From NCBI GenBank assembly GCA_963702425.1, contig CAVPCQ010000039.1, positions 64,001 through 128,000 of the forward strand: 64,000 bases of DNA, read 5' to 3'. The notes beneath the pieces were generated by a model that searched no databases, was not told where the DNA came from, and saw only the letters and a list, made by a program, of their open reading frames with translations. Source of the DNA: an uncultured Acidobacteriota bacterium (GTDB taxonomy: Bacteria > Acidobacteriota > Polarisedimenticolia > J045). Position 1 is the stretch's first letter, and each line of letters starts with the position of its first letter. Position numbers and translations under genes: made by a program. Of the stretch, positions 60,388-64,000 are shown one piece after another.

Positions 60388-61574
60388 TGCCGGACGCGGC
60401 GGCTGTGCTCCTGGCCGCCGGCTCCGGCCGTCGGCTGTCCGCGGGCCGACCCAAGGCGCTGGTGGCGGTCGGCGGACGACCGCTCGTTCAATGGTCGGCG
60501 GCGCTCTTCGCCTCCCTGCCGCAGTTCGAGGAGATCGTGCTCGTCGTGCCCGACGGTCCGGAGGGGTCCGGCGTCGCGCGCGCAGCCGGTCTCGGTCGCC
60601 GCGCCACGGTGGTGCCGGGGGGAGCGCGCCGGCGCGACTCGGTGCGCGCCGGTCTTGCCGCGGTGCGGCGCGCCGAGTTCGTGCTGGTGCACGACACCGC
60701 ACGGCCACTCGCCACGGCCGCACTCGTGGAGCGCGTCCTCGAGGCGGCCCGCGGTTCCGGCGCCGCCGTTCCAGGGGTCGCCGTCGCCGATGCGCTGGTT
60801 CGCTGTGCATCCGGGTCCGTCGCCGACGAGGTCTCGCGCGAGGCGCTCTTCGGGGTCCAGACCCCGCAGGGGTTTGCGTGCGAACTGCTGCGCGCCGCCC
60901 ACGACCGGGCGCCGCTGGAATGGGACGCCGCGGATGACGGCGCGCTGGTGCGGGCGCTGGGCCGGCCGGTGGTGCTCGTGATGGGCGAGGCGGAGAACAT
61001 CAAGGTGACCTTTCCGGACGACGTCGCGCGCGCGGAGGCGATCCTCGCGGCCCGCGCCGCCGGACCGGCCGTGCAGGGAGATCGGGAGGCGATGACGTCG
61101 CGCGTGGGAATCGGCTGGGATGTCCACCCGCTCGTCGCCGGCCGGCCGTTCCGGCTGGCGGGGGTCGAGGTCAGCGCGGAGTTCGGGCCGGAAGGGCACT
61201 CCGATGGCGACCCGCTGGCGCACGCGGTGGCCGACGCGCTGCTCGGCGCCGCCGCGCTCGGAGACATCGGCCAGCTCTTTCCGGACACCGACCCGCGTTG
61301 CGCCGGGTTGCCGGGATGCGACCTGCTGCGGCTCACCGCGCTCCACCTTGCGGCGCACGGCTACCGCCCGGCGCAGGTCGACGCCGTGCTGGTGATCGAC
61401 GCGCCGAAGATCGCTCCGCACCGTGAGGCGATCCGGCGGGCGCTGGCCGAAGCGCTCGGTCTCCCGGAGGATGGGGTCTCGGTCAAGGGAAAACGGACCG
61501 AGGGGTTGGGCGGCCTGGCCGGCGGCCGGGGCGTCGCATGCCATGCCGTCGCGACCGTGACGCGAAGCGCCTGA
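60387..61574 (+). CDS. ispDF: Bifunctional IspD/IspF (MEP pathway)
   Basis: IspD 'LLAAGSGRR', 'VLVHDTARP', 'QTPQGF', 'NIKVTFPDD'; IspF 'RVGIGWDVH', 'GHSDGD', 'SVKGKRTE'. Confidence 0.93.
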   Translation: MPDAAAVLLAAGSGRRLSAGRPKALVAVGGRPLVQWSAALFASLPQFEEIVLVVPDGPEGSGVARAAGLGRRATVVPGGARRRDSVRAGLAAVRRAEFVLVHDTARPLATAALVERVLEAARGSGAAVPGVAVADALVRCASGSVADEVSREALFGVQTPQGFACELLRAAHDRAPLEWDAADDGALVRALGRPVVLVMGEAENIKVTFPDDVARAEAILAARAAGPAVQGDREAMTSRVGIGWDVHPLVAGRPFRLAGVEVSAEFGPEGHSDGDPLAHAVADALLGAAALGDIGQLFPDTDPRCAGLPGCDLLRLTALHLAAHGYRPAQVDAVLVIDAPKIAPHREAIRRALAEALGLPEDGVSVKGKRTEGLGGLAGGRGVACHAVATVTRSA

Positions 61575-61587
61575 AGGGGAATCACCG

Positions 61588-62826
61588 ATGCCTCGAGATA
61601 GCCGGAAAGGGAAGCACGGCCCGGCGCGTCCGGGCGGCGGGCCGCCTCGCGGCGAGCGACGGGGACCGCCGGGCGGACCGCGCGGCTCAAAGGGCGCGGC
61701 CCGTCCCGCCGGCCGGCCGGGGCCGGCGGACAGGCCTGCGGCACGACCGGGGGGGAAGCCCCCGCGCGCCGGCGTTCGTGACGACGACCGGCGCCCGCCG
61801 CGCGCCGCCGCCGAATGGCAGTCCGGGCGCCCGCCCCGCGACGCCAGGGAGAGGAGCCCCGAGCGCGCCCCGCGCCGCAAGGGGGGCGCCCCCGAACGGG
61901 CTGCGCCGCGCCGGCGCGAGGAGCGCCCCCTGCGGGGAGTGCGCCCGGAGCGTGACGAGCGCCCCGAACGCAGCGCACCACGCGGCGCCTCGCGCCCCGG
62001 GTCCGCGCCGCGGCGGGCGCCCGCTCCCGCGACCATCGAGGCGGCGGGCGACGCGGCGGCGCGGGAGGGGATGGCGTACGGGTTTCACGCCGTGCGGACC
62101 GCGCTCACCCACTCGCCGCGGCGGGTCGAACGGCTGATCTTCTCGCGCGGCAGCGAAGACGGACGGGTCCGCCACCTGGTCGCGCTGGCTCGCGAGGCCG
62201 GGGTGCCGTTCCAGGAGGTACCCAAGGAGGCCCTCGACCGGATCTCCGACGGGGTCCGCCACCAGGGGGTCGCGGCCCGGATGGCCGGCGCTGACCTCCA
62301 CCCCGCCGAGGAACTGATCGAGACGCTGCCGGACGACGCCCTCGTCCTGGTCCTGGACGGGATCGAGGACCCGCGGAACATCGGGGCGATCCTGCGCAGC
62401 GCGGCCGCGTTCGGCGCGGCCGCGGTGTTCCTCCCGATCCACCACAGCGCCGGGCTCTCCCCGGCCGCGATCAAGACCGCCGCGGGAGCGATCGACCTGG
62501 TGAAGGTGGCCCGGGCCGGGAACGTCTCGCGGCTGCTGGAGACGCTGACCGAGCGCGGGTTGACCCCGGTCGCCCTCGACCCCGATGCCGGGGTCCCGCC
62601 TTGGCAGGCCCCGCTCTCGGGCGGGATCGCGCTGGTGGCGGGGGGCGAGGAGAAGGGGATCCGCCCGACCGTGGCGGAGCGCTGCCCGATTCGGGTCCGG
62701 ATCCCGATCCGGGACGAGGTGGGGTCGCTCAACGTCTCGGTCGCGGTCGGGATCGTCCTCGCCGAGACCCGTCGCCAGCGGGAGAAACCCCTTGCAATCC
62801 TTGACGATGGGAAGGGCCAGTGCTAA
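61588..62826 (+). CDS. rlmB: 23S rRNA Gm2251 methyltransferase with long basic N-terminal extension
   Basis: 'YGFHAV', 'HQGVAA', 'LDGIEDPRNIGAILRSA', 'GGEEKGIR', 'SLNVSVA'. Confidence 0.92.
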   Translation: MPRDSRKGKHGPARPGGGPPRGERRGPPGGPRGSKGAARPAGRPGPADRPAARPGGKPPRAGVRDDDRRPPRAAAEWQSGRPPRDARERSPERAPRRKGGAPERAAPRRREERPLRGVRPERDERPERSAPRGASRPGSAPRRAPAPATIEAAGDAAAREGMAYGFHAVRTALTHSPRRVERLIFSRGSEDGRVRHLVALAREAGVPFQEVPKEALDRISDGVRHQGVAARMAGADLHPAEELIETLPDDALVLVLDGIEDPRNIGAILRSAAAFGAAAVFLPIHHSAGLSPAAIKTAAGAIDLVKVARAGNVSRLLETLTERGLTPVALDPDAGVPPWQAPLSGGIALVAGGEEKGIRPTVAERCPIRVRIPIRDEVGSLNVSVAVGIVLAETRRQREKPLAILDDGKGQC

Positions 62827-62829
62827 TCT
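62801..62829 (+). promoter_or_regulatory. Sigma-70 promoter of the tRNA-tuf operon
   Basis: TTGACG-N17-TAATCT with extended -10 TGn, just upstream of tRNA-Thr. Confidence 0.7.
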
Positions 62830-62843
62830 CCGCGCTTTGCTGA

Positions 62844-62918
62844 GCTGGCGTAGCTCAGCGGCAGAGCAGCTGATTTGTAATCAGCGGGTCGGGGGTTCGA
62901 TTCCCTTCGCCAGCTCCA
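62844..62918 (+). tRNA. tRNA-Thr (UGU)
   Basis: Cloverleaf; anticodon arm CTGAT-TTGTAA-TCAG; GGTTCGATTCC; CCA. Confidence 0.95.
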
Positions 62919-63039
62919 GCGCGCAGCGGGATGGCTGGCCGGGGTACAAGCGCCAGCCGGCTCAGAGACTTGGAGGACGTGCGGCGGGCCGAGCGGCTGG
63001 TGAGAGAGTCGTTCTGCGCGGCGCTCCATTGCCGTGACT

Positions 63040-63124
63040 GGAGGGGTTCCCGAGCGGTCAAAGGGAGCAGACTGTAAATCTGCCGGCCACGCCTTCGGAG
63101 GTTCGAATCCTCCCCCCTCCACCA
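63040..63124 (+). tRNA. tRNA-Tyr (GUA)
   Basis: GCAGA-CTGTAAA-TCTGC, long variable arm, CCA. Confidence 0.96.
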
Positions 63125-63206
63125 CTCCCGAGCCGGACGACCGGAGAGACGGGCAGCAACGCGCCAGGGGCCGCACGCGGCCCGGGGCCTTGGAAGTAAG
63201 GAGCAA

Positions 63207-63282
63207 GCGGGAATAGCTCAGTTGGTAGAGCATCAGCCTTCCAAGCTGAGGGTCGCGGGTTCGAGTCCCGTTTCCCGCTCCA
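63207..63282 (+). tRNA. tRNA-Gly (UCC)
   Basis: GCGGGAATAGCTCAG...TCAGC-CTTCCAA-GCTGA...CCA. Confidence 0.96.
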
Positions 63283-63319
63283 GCCCGGAGGGCGGCTCCT
63301 CGCGACGGAGAGGGCCTGG

Positions 63320-63395
63320 GCCCATGTAGCTCAGTAGGCAGAGCACCTCCTTGGTAAGGAGGAGGTCACCAGTTCGAATCTGGTCATGGGCTCCA
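63320..63395 (+). tRNA. tRNA-Thr (GGU)
   Basis: CTCCT-TGGTA-AGGAG anticodon arm, TTCGAA T-loop, CCA. Confidence 0.95.
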
Positions 63396-63466
63396 CTTGA
63401 ATCACGGACGGACGACAGCATGACCCGCGGCGGATCGGAGCGCGGGGCCGGGCGCCGGAGGAAGCG

Positions 63467-64000
<534 letters not shown>

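Overview
High-GC bacterial chromosomal window (roughly 70%+ GC by eye). Gene order and protein families suggest Acidobacteriota or a similar lineage; this is inference only. Left part: a sigma-54 signalling cluster built from kinase-incomplete HisKA proteins with a consensus -24/-12 promoter, a CPBP protease, tRNA-Sec, an RRM protein, a CDF transporter, an SNase and a TPR protein. Centre (about 13.3-32 kb): a polymorphic-toxin locus. It has a giant signal-peptide-bearing Rhs gene apparently made of two Rhs modules in tandem, followed by orphan Rhs-core cassettes whose C-terminal tips are HExxH-type metallopeptidase variants, each followed by a signal-peptide immunity-like ORF. The tip of the main gene (about 22.1-23.0 kb) is almost devoid of cytosine on the + strand. 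Right part: DUF58/transglutaminase/MoxR operon, parvulin PPIase, adenosine deaminase plus Gld-like ABC operon, a CxxU Rdx selenoprotein with SECIS that the ORF track misses, Hpt-diguanylate cyclase, queF, an XRE-TPR regulator coupled to a secreted protein, korAB, and the core block rplM-rpsI-rpsB-tsf-pyrH-frr-ispDF-rlmB-tRNAs-tuf. Several single-base frameshifts in conserved genes suggest long-read indel errors, so pseudogene calls are tentative. No CRISPR array, integrase or transposase was recognised.
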